A DNA stretch of 64,000 bases, taken from assembly GCA_963750045.1 (NCBI GenBank), contig CAVVPD010000009.1, positions 72,089 through 136,088 of the forward strand, given 5' to 3'. Numbering within the stretch: the first letter of the stretch is position 1; each line of letters starts with the position of its first letter. Made by a program: the position numbers and the translations under genes. Source of the stretch: an uncultured Actinomycetes bacterium. GTDB lineage: Bacteria > Actinomycetota > Acidimicrobiia > IMCC26256 > DASPTH01. The notes beneath the pieces were generated by a model. That model did not search any database. It was not told the DNA's origin and was given only the letters and a program-made list of their open reading frames with translations. Positions 63,064 to 64,000 of this stretch are shown here, one piece after another.

Positions 63064-64000
63064 CGCCAGCTCCAGTCACGGTCGGCCGGATCGGGGAGAG
63101 GCAGGATCGGTCCGGTGTCGGGATGCGCGCACCGGCCGTGACGTTCGTGGAGATCGAACTCCTCGGCGAACACCGTCAGCGCGCTGGTCAGGAACCCCAC
63201 CGCCGCGTCGGGGAGGTGACACGCACCGCGGTGGGAGACGTCCTGCAACCACCGCTGGACATCGTGCGACGCGCCGTGGGGGGCCTTGCGTCTCGCGATC
63301 GTCTCGACCGTTCCCGCGATCGCGCTCAAACCGTGGACACACGGTCCGCACTGTCCCGCCGTCTCCTCCGCGAGGTAACGGGCGACGCGTGCTGACTCGC
63401 GGACGCCGCAGGCGCGCGCCGGGAAGACGTGCAACATCCCGCAGCCCAGGGAGCCACCGGCGGCGGCGAACGATCGCCGGGTCAGTACGAGATCGGTGAC
63501 GGCCGACGCGGGGATCCAACTTCCGAAGTACCCACCCGCGAGCAGCGCGGCCAGGTCGTCGCTCGTACCGCCGACCGCCGCGAGCACATCGGGCATCGGC
63601 ATGCCGAGCGCGAGCTCGTAGACGCCCGGTCTCGCGACCGCGCCGGTGACGGTCACGAGCATCGAGCCCGACTCGTCGAGCGGGCCGACGGTCTGGAACC
63701 AGTCGACGCCGTAGCGGGCGATCAGCGCGATGTGGGCGAGTGTCTCGACGTTTTGCACGAGGGTCGGGCGCCCGCGCACGCCCCGCTCGTACGGCCGGGG
63801 CGGAACGGAGATGGGCTTGGCCGGCCCGCCGTTGAGGAAGTTGACCACCGCGCTCTCCTCGCCCGCCACGTACCGGTTGGGGACGCCCACGCGCCGGACC
63901 GGCACGTCGGAGCCGTCACCCGAGGAGCCCGACCGCTGTGCGATGGCGGTGTCGACTGCGGCACACACTGCGGCGTTCTCGCGGTCGACGACCACGATGA
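63060..64000 (-). CDS. NuoF-like protein (NADH:quinone oxidoreductase subunit F-type SLBB plus 4Fe-4S binding region). The 5' end lies beyond the window.
   Basis: Contains YVAGEESAVVNFLNGGPAKP (NuoF GEET/FMN-NADH site-like), GSMLVTVTG (SLBB) and EETAGQCGPCVHG...GACHLPD (N3 cluster-like Cys). The ORF is open to the window edge. Confidence 0.78.
   Translation of the reverse strand, partial: IVVVDRENAAVCAAVDTAIAQRSGSSGDGSDVPVRRVGVPNRYVAGEESAVVNFLNGGPAKPISVPPRPYERGVRGRPTLVQNVETLAHIALIARYGVDWFQTVGPLDESGSMLVTVTGAVARPGVYELALGMPMPDVLAAVGGTSDDLAALLAGGYFGSWIPASAVTDLVLTRRSFAAAGGSLGCGMLHVFPARACGVRESARVARYLAEETAGQCGPCVHGLSAIAGTVETIARRKAPHGASHDVQRWLQDVSHRGACHLPDAAVGFLTSALTVFAEEFDLHERHGRCAHPDTGPILPLPDPADRDWSWR

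Overview
This is a very GC-rich chromosomal segment (by eye about 70% GC, with strong GC3 codon bias), typical of a high-GC Actinomycetota genome. I support about 65 protein-coding genes, two tRNA-Ser genes and one SRP (4.5S-type) RNA.

Content by theme:
- Housekeeping: purE, gmd, metF, tadA, dnaX-ybaB-recR, ask-asd, a cyclophilin.
- Metal homeostasis: divergent csoR/copA with a CsoR-type operator, efeUOB, an ArsR/SmtB regulator with a divergent ArsI/CadI-type gene, and a ZnuA-like binding protein.
- Ethylmalonyl-CoA/propionyl-CoA metabolism in two blocks: thiolase, ccr, epimerase, pccB and the epsilon subunit; then a fused B12 mutase and hbd.
- A small catabolic cluster: acyl-CoA ligase, amidohydrolase, SDR, P450, YkgJ.
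- Transporters: FtsX-type ABC permease, NhaA, MMPL, SulP.
- Several conserved proteins of unknown function.

I found no transposase, integrase, phage genes, CRISPR array, rRNA or recognisable defence system.

The most striking sequence-level observation is ten reading-frame breaks in eight otherwise well-conserved genes, including the normally essential tadA. They mostly sit in G/C-only tracts, so I think they are more likely assembly or sequencing indels than real decay.

The candidates for poorly understood biology are all inferences, not demonstrated systems:
- a translationally coupled NuoF-like / ferredoxin / stand-alone cNMP-binding operon at the right edge;
- the histidine-phosphatase / DUF3090 / SCO1664 trio;
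- a co-directional NhaA / receiver-like / nitroreductase / FAAL / GT-C string with no carrier protein;
- a degenerate GGDEF gene start/stop-coupled to the B12 mutase;
- a 35-codon coding-like ORF behind the ArsI/CadI-type gene;
- a long imperfect inverted repeat in the leader of a coiled-coil glucosaminidase.

The many long ORFs antisense to real genes are GC-mirror artefacts and were rejected.
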